Positions 34,878 to 44,748 of a stretch of 64,000 nt of DNA are shown here, piece after piece. The translations under genes and the position numbers were made by a program. The notes under the pieces are model-generated. The model worked only from the letters and a program-made list of their open reading frames with translations. It was not told the origin of the DNA and did not search any database. How positions within the stretch are numbered: the stretch's first letter is position 1; every line of letters begins with the position of its first letter. This stretch comes from an uncultured delta proteobacterium (GTDB lineage: Bacteria > Myxococcota_A > Polyangia > Polyangiales > Polyangiaceae), in contig CAWJCS010000005.1 of assembly GCA_963841435.1 (NCBI GenBank), positions 1,120,001 to 1,184,000 of the forward strand. The letters are read 5' to 3'.

Positions 34878-35618
34878 TCACCAGTATTTTTCCACGGTGA
34901 CGTGACCGGGCGCCCGCACCCGGTGCTTCTTCAGGCCACGCTCGGCGAGCAGCGTCGACATCTCCTCGATCATGGCGGGGTTGCCGCAGAGCATGACGTG
35001 GGAGCTCGAGGGCGAAAGCTCGACTCCCGCCGCACGCTCGAGGCTCCCATCGGCTAGCGCCGTCGTGACGCGGCCGCCGAGCACTGCCTTGCTGGGTGGC
35101 TCTCGGCTGGCAAGCCACACGCGGCGAAAGCCTGGGCGCTCCCGAGCGAGCGCGTCGAGGTCGTCACGATGCGCGAAATGCGCCGTGTCGCGCACGCCGT
35201 GTGCCAGCACCACGCGCTCGAATCGCCCCCAAACCTCGTTGCTGCGCAGGATCGACAAAAACGGCCCGAGGCCGGTGCCCGTCGCGACGAGCCAGAGATC
35301 CCTTGCTGCCGGTACCCAGCGTAGCGTGAAGAAGCCCTGTGGTTTGGGCTCGACGAAGACCCGATCGCCCGGCTCGAGCTCGGTGAGTCGCGGCGTGAGC
35401 ACGCCGTCCTCGACGCGCGCCAACAGGAAGTCGAGGGGCGCGCCGGGAGGCGACGCGATGGAGTACGAGCGACGTTCGACGACGCCGTCGTGGGCAAGCG
35501 CGAGATTGACGAACTGCCCCGGCTCGAACGGCTGGACATCCGCCTCGATGGTCAGCGTGATGAGGCCGTCCGCCCAATCGCGCCGGGCGGTCACGCGGCC
35601 TTCGGACCAGCCCTGCAT
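34878..35618 (-). CDS. fpr: Ferredoxin/flavodoxin-NADP+ reductase (bacterial Fpr, subclass II-like)
   Basis: RSYSIAS, ATGTGLGPF, MLCGNPAM, C-terminal EKYW. Confidence 0.92.
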   Translation of the reverse strand: MQGWSEGRVTARRDWADGLITLTIEADVQPFEPGQFVNLALAHDGVVERRSYSIASPPGAPLDFLLARVEDGVLTPRLTELEPGDRVFVEPKPQGFFTLRWVPAARDLWLVATGTGLGPFLSILRSNEVWGRFERVVLAHGVRDTAHFAHRDDLDALARERPGFRRVWLASREPPSKAVLGGRVTTALADGSLERAAGVELSPSSSHVMLCGNPAMIEEMSTLLAERGLKKHRVRAPGHVTVEKYW

Positions 35619-35766
35619 GACGAAGTAGAACTTCGATAACTCGTGGTCGTGGCTCGGGCAACCGGCAAAGAAAGCTCGGCGTTTTTTGGCCGGCGGCGGC
35701 GCGGGGACGACCAAGGCGCGAAAGACGCGGCAATTCTCGCTGAAAAGTGTACGCTAGGAGTTCGCG

Positions 35767-38025
35767 ATGGCGTTCCAGATCACCTGCCCGGCGTGTGGCA
35801 AAGCGTTTCAGCTCGCGACCGAGATTTACGAGAAGAAAGTCTCCGGCAAGGTCGTCTCGATCAAGTGCAAACAGTGCCAGCGCGGCATCCGAGTGGACGC
35901 GACCGTGCCGGGTCAGCTCAAGGTCGCCGGAAGCAGTGACGCCTCTTCCGGTCAGGCGGCAGCCGAACCCACGGTGTCCTCTCCCGTCCGAGCCCGCCAA
36001 CCCACGCTGATCGGGGGGATGAGCTCGACGGGGGAGGTCTTCACTCAGGGTGCGGGCGGAGGACTCTGGGCGGTCGATAGTGGAGGCAGCGGGGACGACC
36101 GAGAGCTCACCGAAGAGGAGATCGCCCAGGAGATCGCTGCCGGCACCATCAGGGCAGAGACGCTGGTGTGGCGCGAGGGTTTGAGCGACTGGGCCGAGGT
36201 CCAGAGCGTGCCCACGTTCGCCGCGCTTTTCGCGGGCGCCCCGGCGATCGACCCCGCCGCTGACGAGGCACGGAGCGCGCCTGCGCCCGTACCACCGCCG
36301 CCCGCACCCGTCGCCAAGCCAGCACCTTTCGCTCGGCGACCGGAGGCGGCGCCGGCCGCACCGCCCATGCCCGTCGCGGCAACGCCGGCGGCCGCGCCGG
36401 TTGCCGAGAAGGCGCCGTCGGATCCACGCGGGCTTCCCGCACCCCGCGCGAAGATGCCGTCCGCCACGGGCGGGCTCCCCGCACCCCGCGCAAAGATGCC
36501 GTCAGCGACCGGCGAGCTTCCCGCACCCCGCGCGAAGATGCCGTCGGCCACCGGCGGGCTCCCCGCGCCGCGCGCAAAGATGCCGTCAACGACCGGCGAG
36601 CTTCCCGCGCCCCGCGCGAAGATGCCGTCGGCCACCGGCGGGCTCCCCGCGCCGCGCGCAAAGATGCCGTCAACGACCGGCGAGCTTCCCGCGCCCCGCG
36701 CGAAGATGCCGTCGGCGGCCGGCTTGCCGCCGCCGCGCGCGAGGCTCGGGTCTTCCCCAGGCCTTCCCCCGGAACGACCGAGGCAGCCCTCGGCACCCAA
36801 CCTGCCCCCGCTCGCGGTGGAGCGAGCAGGGATGGACGAGGAAGAAGCCACGGTCATCTACGACCGGTCGGCACCCGACGCGGCGGCGATGTTTCCGTTC
36901 GCGGCTCCGCAGCCGGAAGAGCCTGCGGCGCCGCCACCGCCGATGGGTGCGCTCGCGGAGGAGGCCGAGCCCGTCACCGAGCAGCTTCGCTTGGCGACCT
37001 TCGCGCGACCGGAATCCGACGCGGTCGCAAAGCAGCCTGCCGTGCCACCGCCGATGCCGGGGCTCCCGCGGCAGGAAGAGATCGTGACCGAGCAGCTCGT
37101 CGTCCCGGCGCTCATGCCGCCGTTGCCGCCGCCGCTGCCGAGACCGTCGGAGCCTGCCACGGCCGCGGGCTCGACACCGTATGCGGCCCGGCTGCCTCCC
37201 ATCGTCATGCCGCCGGCCCCCACCCCGCAGCCGGCGCCGGCAGCGTTGATGCAGGCCGCCGTCGCTCCGGCGCCAGCCGCTCCCCTGCAGGGCGCGCCGT
37301 CGCCCATGGGTCAGCCTCCGCCGGCGCCCGTGCCAGCGGCTGCGATCCCGTGGGCACCGGTTCAGCCGCCGGTGGTCTCGGCGCCGGGCCTGGGCAGCAC
37401 GACCGGAAACCCGTTCAACGTCGTCGCGACGACGGACCTCGCGTTCCCGGCCGAGCGGAGCAAGCGTCCGATGCTCATCGCGGCGGCCATCGCGGTCGTG
37501 GCCGTGATCGCCGGCATCGCCATCGCCGTCAGCAACTCCGGTGATGCGCCCCCCGTTCCGAACGCCCTTCCCGCACCTCCTCCGCCGGCGGCGAACGCCG
37601 CGCCCACCGTCGCCCAGACGAACGAGGGCACGACGCCCGGGCCGACGAAAACCTCGGGCGGCGAGTTGCCGACGACGACTCAGGCGCCGAGCGGCAATTT
37701 CTCGGACCTGTTTGCCGCAGGCGTCGAGAAGGCGCGGAGCGGCTCCGGCAAAGCCGCCCAGCGCTTCAACCCGGATCAGGCGAAGCGCGCCGTCGCGGAG
37801 ACGCTCGAGTCCGTCGCAGGGTGCAAGGAAGCCGGCGGAGCAACGGGGCAAGCGGCCGCAGCGGTGACGTTTTCGTCGGATGGTCGCGTGTCGGCCGTCA
37901 CGATCGGTGCTCCGTTCGCGGGTACCTCGACCGGAACGTGCATCGTCGCGGCGCTCAAGCGGGCAAAGATGGAGCCGTTTGCCGGATTGCCCGGCACCAT
38001 CTCGCAGGCCGTGAGCCTGCGCTGA
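35767..38025 (+). CDS. Zn-ribbon + GYF_2 + Pro-rich + TM + C-terminal AgmX/TonB-C-like protein
   Basis: CPAC...CKQC, ETLVWREGLSDW, single TM, C-terminal domain with paired Cys and VTFSSDGRV. Confidence 0.8.
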   Translation: MAFQITCPACGKAFQLATEIYEKKVSGKVVSIKCKQCQRGIRVDATVPGQLKVAGSSDASSGQAAAEPTVSSPVRARQPTLIGGMSSTGEVFTQGAGGGLWAVDSGGSGDDRELTEEEIAQEIAAGTIRAETLVWREGLSDWAEVQSVPTFAALFAGAPAIDPAADEARSAPAPVPPPPAPVAKPAPFARRPEAAPAAPPMPVAATPAAAPVAEKAPSDPRGLPAPRAKMPSATGGLPAPRAKMPSATGELPAPRAKMPSATGGLPAPRAKMPSTTGELPAPRAKMPSATGGLPAPRAKMPSTTGELPAPRAKMPSAAGLPPPRARLGSSPGLPPERPRQPSAPNLPPLAVERAGMDEEEATVIYDRSAPDAAAMFPFAAPQPEEPAAPPPPMGALAEEAEPVTEQLRLATFARPESDAVAKQPAVPPPMPGLPRQEEIVTEQLVVPALMPPLPPPLPRPSEPATAAGSTPYAARLPPIVMPPAPTPQPAPAALMQAAVAPAPAAPLQGAPSPMGQPPPAPVPAAAIPWAPVQPPVVSAPGLGSTTGNPFNVVATTDLAFPAERSKRPMLIAAAIAVVAVIAGIAIAVSNSGDAPPVPNALPAPPPPAANAAPTVAQTNEGTTPGPTKTSGGELPTTTQAPSGNFSDLFAAGVEKARSGSGKAAQRFNPDQAKRAVAETLESVAGCKEAGGATGQAAAAVTFSSDGRVSAVTIGAPFAGTSTGTCIVAALKRAKMEPFAGLPGTISQAVSLR
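36430..36723 (+). repeat. Intragenic 42-nt (14-aa) tandem repeat, 7 copies: [G/E]LPAPRAKMPS[A/T]TG
   Basis: Directly visible in DNA and protein; two degenerate copies follow. Confidence 0.95.
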
Positions 38026-38031
38026 CCGGCC

Positions 38032-39087
38032 TCAGAAACGCAGCAGCATGCTGCCCCAATGAAAGCCTGCGCCGAGCGCGAGCACGCAGACGAGCTGGCC
38101 GGGCCGCAAGCGACCGTCGCGCCGCATCTCGTCGAGTAGGATGGGGATGGTGGCGCCCGAGGTGTTGCCGTAGCGCTCGATGTTGGCCGGCATTCGCTCG
38201 ATGGGAACGCCGAGCCGCTCGCAGACCGCCTCGTTGATGCGCTGGTTCGCCTGGTGCGCCACGAACCAGTCGACGGAGTCGAGACGGACCCCCGCGCGCT
38301 CGCAGAGCGCTTGGACGCTGCGAGGCAGCTTGGTGATGGCGTGCTTGAACACCTCGCGACCGTCCATGTGAATCAGGGCGGCGTCGCGCTCTAGGGTTTC
38401 GGTGGAAACGTAGGGGCGGTCGCGAAAACCGGCAGGGATGCAGAGCAACGGCGCGTAGCGCCCGTCGGCGCGAAGATCGGTCGCGATGATCCCCGCGCTC
38501 GCCTCGTCGCTGCGCTCGACGACGAGAGCGCCGGCGCCGTCGCCGAAGATGACGGCCCAGCCGCGGTGTCGCGTCGCGCGCTCCCACGCCTCGGCGCTCG
38601 GGCGGCGGTCGGCCGTGCCTTCGAGCACGTCCCAATCCGTCCACGGCATGAGGCCGGCGTGCGCCTCCGCGCCGACAATCAGCACGCGGCGCGCGGCCGA
38701 GCTCTCGAGCAGGCCGTTCGCGACCTGCAACGAATAGAGCATCGCCGCGCACTGAGTGCGAAGGTCGAGCGCGGGGACGGGCCCGCAGCCGAGCTTGGCG
38801 GACAACAGCGGTGCGGAGCCGGGGAAGAGGTGGTCCGGCGTCATCGTGCTGAAGAGCACGTAGTCGAGATCTTCCGGAGCGAGCCCCGCCGACTCGAGCG
38901 CGAGGCGCGCGGCGGGCAAGGCGAGGTCCGCGGGGCCCTGACCCTGCGCGGCGAAATGGCGCGCCCTGATGCCGGTGCGCTGATGGATCCAGGCGTCGTT
39001 CGTGTCCATGACGCGCGACAGATCGTCGTTCGTGTAAGGCCGCCCCGGCAGGTGGCGACCGGTGCCGATGATGCGCAGGCCGGGCAT
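38032..39087 (-). CDS. fabH: 3-oxoacyl-ACP synthase III family
   Basis: WIHQRTGI, catalytic C (TQCAAM), FGDGAGA, HQANQRI, GNTSGA. Confidence 0.9.
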   Translation of the reverse strand: MPGLRIIGTGRHLPGRPYTNDDLSRVMDTNDAWIHQRTGIRARHFAAQGQGPADLALPAARLALESAGLAPEDLDYVLFSTMTPDHLFPGSAPLLSAKLGCGPVPALDLRTQCAAMLYSLQVANGLLESSAARRVLIVGAEAHAGLMPWTDWDVLEGTADRRPSAEAWERATRHRGWAVIFGDGAGALVVERSDEASAGIIATDLRADGRYAPLLCIPAGFRDRPYVSTETLERDAALIHMDGREVFKHAITKLPRSVQALCERAGVRLDSVDWFVAHQANQRINEAVCERLGVPIERMPANIERYGNTSGATIPILLDEMRRDGRLRPGQLVCVLALGAGFHWGSMLLRF

Positions 39088-39133
39088 GCGTTCCGCGGGA
39101 CGCGTACTACCTTCGCCGCCGGGGGTGAAGGGA

Positions 39134-40438
39134 TCAGAACGGGATTATTGCGCCGACCGCGGCGTAGCAGCGCCCCAGGTCGGAAAAGAAGCTCGGGTAA
39201 GTCTTGGCGACACAGCTAGGATCCTCGATCGTCACCCCGCCGGCGGCGGCCCCGAGCACGGCGAAGCTCATGGCCATGCGATGGTCGGCATAGGTGCGGA
39301 CCAGGGTCGGGTGCAGCGGGCGCGGCTCCACGCGCAGCGAATCGTGAGTCTGGCTGACGACCTGCCCGAGCCGCTCGAGCTCGCTCGCCACGGCGGCGAG
39401 GCGGTCGGTTTCCTTGATGCGAATGTTGGCGACGTTTCGGATCACCGTCGGGCCCGAGGCGAGCGGCGCGAGCGCCGCGAGCGTCATCACGGTGTCGGAG
39501 ATGTCGTGCATGTCGACATCGAGCCCGCGCAGCGTGCCCGTGCCGCGCACTTCGGTGCCGTCGGCGCGGCGCGTCACCGCGGCGCCGGCGGCCTCGAGCA
39601 CCTCCGTGAAACGGTAGTCCCCTTGCAGCGCGCCCGCGCCGAGGTCCGGCACGGTGATCGTGGCGCCGACGGCGGCAGCCAGCGCGAAGGGGTAGCTCGC
39701 GGACGAAGCGTCCGGCTCGACGGCGTAGCTCCGCGGTCGGTACGCGCTCACGTGCCGCACGTGGAAGCCGGCGTCGGTCACGTCGATGGCGCCGCCGAAG
39801 TCGGCCACCATGCGACGCGTGATCTCGACGTAGGGCCGGCTCACGAGACGTCCCTCGACGATCACGTCCAAGTCTCCATCGGCGGCACCGCCGGCGAGTA
39901 GCAGCGCCGAAAAGTACTGGCTCGAGCGGCCACCGGGCATCGTGACGCGGCCGCCGGGCAAGCGGCCGCCGTAAACCGTGAGGGGCGGGCAGCCGGTCGG
40001 ACACTCGACGCGCACGCCGAGCTGGGTGAGCCCGTCGACGAGGTCTTTGATCGGCCTTTTTTGCATCGCCTCGTCGCCCTCGAGTCGGACCTCACCGGCG
40101 ACCAGCGCCGAAAGCGCCGCGAGGAAGCGCACCGAGGTGCCGCTGTTGCCGACGAACAGCGGACGCGCCGGCGCACGCAGCCGCGAGCGGCCCCCGCGAA
40201 CGACGAGCGTCGTGGGGCCGTCGTCGACGATGCTCACGCCGAGCGCCTCGAGGCCGGCGCGCATGTGCGCCGTGTCGTCGCTGTGGAGGACCCCTTCGAG
40301 TCGGCTCTCGCCTTCGGCGAGCGCCGCGAGGATCAGCGCGCGATTGGTGATGCTCTTCGAGCCCGGGACGCGCCACACGAGCTTGGGCGCTCGCGCAAGG
40401 CGCGGCACGACGAGCGGGCCGGGGGGAAAGGCAGGCAC
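39134..40438 (-). CDS. aroA: EPSP synthase
   Basis: PGSKSITNR, GNSGTSVRF, SSQYFS, RIKETDR, DHRMAM, KTYP. Confidence 0.97.
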   Translation of the reverse strand: MPAFPPGPLVVPRLARAPKLVWRVPGSKSITNRALILAALAEGESRLEGVLHSDDTAHMRAGLEALGVSIVDDGPTTLVVRGGRSRLRAPARPLFVGNSGTSVRFLAALSALVAGEVRLEGDEAMQKRPIKDLVDGLTQLGVRVECPTGCPPLTVYGGRLPGGRVTMPGGRSSQYFSALLLAGGAADGDLDVIVEGRLVSRPYVEITRRMVADFGGAIDVTDAGFHVRHVSAYRPRSYAVEPDASSASYPFALAAAVGATITVPDLGAGALQGDYRFTEVLEAAGAAVTRRADGTEVRGTGTLRGLDVDMHDISDTVMTLAALAPLASGPTVIRNVANIRIKETDRLAAVASELERLGQVVSQTHDSLRVEPRPLHPTLVRTYADHRMAMSFAVLGAAAGGVTIEDPSCVAKTYPSFFSDLGRCYAAVGAIIPF

Positions 40439-40491
40439 CTTGTGTCAGCTCCTTAGCACCGCTTCGGGCACGCTCGAGCAGTCACGCGAGC

Positions 40492-41338
40492 CTACGACGC
40501 TCCACACAGCGTGCCCGGCGTCGGGATGGGCTCGCTACAGGAGCCGGTCACGCCGTCGCACAGGAACGACACGCATTCGGTCCCCTGCGAGCAGCTCGGC
40601 CCGCCAAAGTTCGTGGCCGTGCGGCAGACGCCGAGCTCGAGATCGCAGTAGCTCCCCAAGCCACATGCCTGGTTGAGCATCACCGGGTCACAGCCGGCGC
40701 CCTCCGCGGTGGCGACCTCGCAGCGACCGGTCTCACCCTGTTGGCTCGCCGTGCAGTAGAGCCCAACGTCGCAGAGCGGAACGTCGCCGAGCGGATAGGG
40801 GCACCCCTCGCCCTCGCTGAGCATGCGGATCTCGCGGCACCTGCCCTGCACGCAGGCGGTCGTTCCGGCACCCTCGGGCGGCTCGCACATGACGGGCGTC
40901 GAGCAGCTCCCGCCGGGCCGCACGGTGCCGCGCACGACCTTGCAGGCCGTCCACACGTCGCGACGCAGCTCGACGCTCGCCTGCCAGTCGGCGACGCAGA
41001 ACGTCGTGCGAGCGGCCGCGCGCGGCGAGGCAGCTCTCCTCGGCGCTCGGGTCGTAGGTCGCGAGCCCCGCGGCCACGAGCTGCGCGGCCGGCTGGCACA
41101 CGCCCTCGACGAAGCTCTGCAGGCACTCCGCGGCCGAGAACGCTCCGTAGACGCTCGTGCAGCAAGGCTCCGCGCTTTCGCAGAGCCGCGCGGCGAACGC
41201 GGAGCAGCCTTCGAGCACGGCCCCGTCGCTCGTGCCCTTCGCGGTTCCGGCCGGCGGGGGGCCGCCCAGAGGGTCCGACCCGCAGCCACCCAAGAGGACC
41301 AGCGCGGCAAGGCTGGCCGCCGAGAAGCCCGAGCGCAT
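40492..41338 (-). pseudogene. Cys-rich lipoprotein, apparently frameshifted at ~40999-41005
   Basis: The lipobox (LGGC) ORF and a downstream Cys-rich ORF join as SHDV-CVADWQ when one base is removed. Confidence 0.75.
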
Positions 41339-41401
41339 CGACTCAGGATACACGAAACCCGCGTCGAGCGGCTCGCGTGGCGCGCGGGCGCCCACGCGCC
41401 G

Positions 41402-42904
41402 TCAGGCCAGGAGATCCGTGAGCAGACCGCTGTTGTAGGTCGCGCTGCCGACGGAGGGCACGTCGACGCCGACCGCCGAGAGCACCGTGCGCAAGAGGTC
41501 GCTGTGGCTCGGGCTCTTGCCGTTGACGGAGATGCAGCCGTTTTCGTTGTCGTTGGGAAAGTTGATCGGAAAGCGGGCGACGGTGCCGCGCTTGATGGGG
41601 ATGTTGGGCCCTGCGGCGAGCACGAACGGCATGTTGTAGTGCTGATGCCCGTTGCCGCTGTCGATCTCGCTGCACCAGACGACCAGCGTGTCGTCGAGGA
41701 TGCCGTGACTCTGGAGCTGGGTCACGAGGTACGTGAATTCCTCGGCGTAGTAGTTTTCCCACACCGAAAGCTCGTTCCACACCTGGGCGTAGGTCTGGAG
41801 CATCTGGCTCGGCGGATCCTCTTCGTGCTCGAGGCAAATGTTCGCGTAGTCGGGCGGCATGACGGGTAGCCGCTCCACGAACTCGTAAAGCTGGGGCACG
41901 CCGTGCGACGTGTTGTGGTGGTCGAGCGCCTGGCCGACGGCGCGCGCGTTGCTCGCCGCCTGGTCGTACTGCAAGACGCCCGAGCGCGTGACACCGCAGG
42001 CGAGGCCGGCGACGAGCAGATCGATCGCGAGCCGCGAGCGGTCGCGGTACCAGTGCGACGACTGACTGAGATCGACGGTGTCAGACGGCGGTGTCCAAAT
42101 CGCTTCCCAAGACTGGACGTCCGGCTTGGGCGGCAGCGTCGGCGGGCTGCAGACGACGCGCGTCACGCTCTGCCCGGCCTGGTTGACGGCCTCTTGCATG
42201 CCCTCGAGCTGGTAGCGATCCTCGGCGCAGAGCTTGGGCATGAGGTCGCCCATCTGCTGGGTCAGGCTCGCGAAGAGGGCCGTGTTGGCCTGCTCGGCGG
42301 CGAGCTCGGCGGGCGTGGGCCCCGTCATGCTCTGGATGGCGCCGGCCATGTATTGCTCCATGACCTCCCAGCAGCTCCTGAGCGGATCGCGCGGCACGCC
42401 CGAGCCGTCGTAGATGCACCGGTTCTGCGGGCTCGCGCTCTGGGCGGTGTTCAGGACGGCGACCACCTGCTGGTAGAGGCTGTCCTTGCGCACCGTGCCC
42501 GTGACGTTCTGCATGAACAGCGTGTCGACGCTCGGGAAGCCGACCGCGCCGCCCGTGAGCGCGCTCGTCTGCGCCGTGCCCGTGAAGAGCGACGCCATGC
42601 CGCCTTCGTGGGTGCCACCGATGATGGGCGCGCAGTAGTTGCGGATGCCTTCGGTGAGCGTGACGTGCTCCTTGATGGGGTCGAGCGCCTTGAGGTTTTC
42701 GCGGAACACGAGCGAACCCGTGCTGTCGTCGGCGCCCCACAGGTGGCGGATGCGACCGTTCGCGCTGAACATCAAGACGAGCTTGGTGGCCGATTGTCCC
42801 TGCGCGTAGCCCGGCAGGCTGCGCAAAAGGGGAAGCATGGCGGCCGTGGCGCCGATGCTGGTCAGGAAACGCCGGCGCGAAGTGATGAGCTTTCTCTGGT
42901 TCAT
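41402..42904 (-). CDS. DUF1552 family protein with a Tat signal
   Basis: SRRRFL Tat motif; H..GM, SVD, LACGVTR, HHNTSH, LDDTLV...SEI...H...PFVLA. Confidence 0.85.
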   Translation of the reverse strand: MNQRKLITSRRRFLTSIGATAAMLPLLRSLPGYAQGQSATKLVLMFSANGRIRHLWGADDSTGSLVFRENLKALDPIKEHVTLTEGIRNYCAPIIGGTHEGGMASLFTGTAQTSALTGGAVGFPSVDTLFMQNVTGTVRKDSLYQQVVAVLNTAQSASPQNRCIYDGSGVPRDPLRSCWEVMEQYMAGAIQSMTGPTPAELAAEQANTALFASLTQQMGDLMPKLCAEDRYQLEGMQEAVNQAGQSVTRVVCSPPTLPPKPDVQSWEAIWTPPSDTVDLSQSSHWYRDRSRLAIDLLVAGLACGVTRSGVLQYDQAASNARAVGQALDHHNTSHGVPQLYEFVERLPVMPPDYANICLEHEEDPPSQMLQTYAQVWNELSVWENYYAEEFTYLVTQLQSHGILDDTLVVWCSEIDSGNGHQHYNMPFVLAAGPNIPIKRGTVARFPINFPNDNENGCISVNGKSPSHSDLLRTVLSAVGVDVPSVGSATYNSGLLTDLLA

Positions 42905-44655
42905 TGGCAGGCCATCCCCGGCGTCACGGTGTTTCTGAGTTGCATGAGCGGGCTCGCAGCCACCTCGACGAGCAGCGTTCTCAGGCCGAGATTTCCGGCT
43001 TGGAAGGCGTCCCACACGGCGAGGAGCCCGCAGGCGTCGGCGCTCGCCTCGCCGCGACCCAGCGCGAAGCGCGCCGTCTGGATCGCGAAGCATTGCTGCG
43101 GCAAGAGATTGCTCGAGAGCACGTCGAGCAGCTCCGCGGTGTTCGCGAAATCGATGCGATCCGCATCGCTCGCGATGTAGCCGGCCGTGCTGGGAGCGGT
43201 CGATGCGTCGTAAGCACCCGTGGCCGTGAGTGTGGCAAAGCCGTACCCGATTGGGTCCATCAGCGTGTGACAACCGGAGCAGGCCGGATCGGCGGCGTGC
43301 TGATCGAACAGATCGTTGTTCGTCTGGCCGGGCTCCTGCGGGGGCAACTGCATGTTCACGTTGTCCTTCGGCAGCTCGACCGGCTCGCAGAGCAGCGCCT
43401 CGCGCACCTGCTTGCCCCGCTGCGTCGGAGACGGGCCGTCACCCTTGACGTGCGAACGCGCGAAGGCCGCCGTCATCAGGAGTCCCTGGCGTTCGGCCGG
43501 GAGCGCGATGGTGCCGTCGGAGGCGGCCGTTCCGCCGTAAAACTGCGCGAGCTCGGCGCCACCACGGCTCGTGTGAGAGGTGATGAGCTCGGGATAGGTG
43601 CCTGTCCCGCGGACGGACGCGACCATGACGTCGCCGGGCTCCGCGTCCATCGCGGCGTCGAGCGTCGTGCCGCCGGGGGGCGACGGCTTGAGGCCGAGCC
43701 ACTCGCTCGCGAAGGCGCGCAGCACCGGCTCCGCCTTCGGATCATCGAGCATGCGGCCGGCTTCGGCGCGGATTTGATCGCTCGTGGCGAGCGTGCCGCC
43801 GTCGGCCGCCGCGAGCAGCGCGTCGTCCGGCACGCTGCGCCAGAGGAAGCTCGCGAGCCGGCCCGCGAGCTCGCTCGGGCTCAAGCGCGACACGGCGCCC
43901 TCCGGCGTGCCGAAGTCCATCGCGTACAGAAAGCGCGGTGAGTTCAGGATCCAGCGGATCGCCGTCGAGGCAGCGAGCGTGGGGTCGCTCGCCGCGACCG
44001 TCTGGTAGAGCGAGGTGAGGCGCGTGGTGTCGGCGTCGTCGAGCGCCTGGCCGTGAAACGCGCGACGCGCCTTGCCCGCGAGGAAGCCGAGAACGCACGT
44101 TGCGTCGGACCCCGCGCACCCGGACATCGTGGCGAGATCGGCCGCGACCTGGTCCGCCACCGCCTTACCGCTCGTGTCGTAGCGCGTGAAGTTGTCGACC
44201 GTCATGCGCGTGCGCACGTTCGCCGTGAACGTGCCGAGCGCTTCGTCCGACGGCAGATCACCCTGGTTGACCTCGATGCCGAAGAGGTCCCGGATCGCGT
44301 TGTGGTACTCGAGACGCGAGAGGCGCCGGATCGGCGTCGGGCCGACGGCCGCGACGCTCGGATCGGCGCACTGCGTGAGCACACCGACGCCGACGCCCTT
44401 GCCGGGCGGCTCGGGCATCCCCGCGCTGCCACCCGACGCGCTCGCCCCCGCGGCACCGCCGCTCGACACCGAGCCACCCGACGCTGACGCGCCGCCCGTC
44501 GAGATGCTCCCGGCGCTGCCGCCCGATGCGCTGGCACCGCCGGCCCCACCAGTCCCCCCGCTACCGGGACCTGCACCCGACGCCGGTGACGACGGGGCCC
44601 CCCCGGCGGAGCACCCGACGCACCCGAGCAGCATCAGGGCGAGGAGACGTCGCAT
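42901..44655 (-). CDS. DUF1587/1595/1592/1588/1585 multidomain lipoprotein
   Basis: RRLSRLEYHNAIRDLFG, SPRFLY, ELAGRLASFLW.S.PD..L, SPTQRG, CSGCH..MDPIG. Confidence 0.88.
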   Translation of the reverse strand: MRRLLALMLLGCVGCSAGGAPSSPASGAGPGSGGTGGAGGASASGGSAGSISTGGASASGGSVSSGGAAGASASGGSAGMPEPPGKGVGVGVLTQCADPSVAAVGPTPIRRLSRLEYHNAIRDLFGIEVNQGDLPSDEALGTFTANVRTRMTVDNFTRYDTSGKAVADQVAADLATMSGCAGSDATCVLGFLAGKARRAFHGQALDDADTTRLTSLYQTVAASDPTLAASTAIRWILNSPRFLYAMDFGTPEGAVSRLSPSELAGRLASFLWRSVPDDALLAAADGGTLATSDQIRAEAGRMLDDPKAEPVLRAFASEWLGLKPSPPGGTTLDAAMDAEPGDVMVASVRGTGTYPELITSHTSRGGAELAQFYGGTAASDGTIALPAERQGLLMTAAFARSHVKGDGPSPTQRGKQVREALLCEPVELPKDNVNMQLPPQEPGQTNNDLFDQHAADPACSGCHTLMDPIGYGFATLTATGAYDASTAPSTAGYIASDADRIDFANTAELLDVLSSNLLPQQCFAIQTARFALGRGEASADACGLLAVWDAFQAGNLGLRTLLVEVAASPLMQLRNTVTPGMACQ

Positions 44656-44748
44656 GCCGGAGGTTTAAGGCGAGTGTGGAACCGGATCCAGCGGATCGGG
44701 CATGTTCCGTAGGAGGTGAAGCTTTCTGGTCGGAACAGAACGACCAGC

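Noticed and set aside
36430..36723. Tandem repeat as a possible CRISPR array
   Set aside because: No unique spacers, unit length is a multiple of 3 within a CDS, and no cas genes are present.
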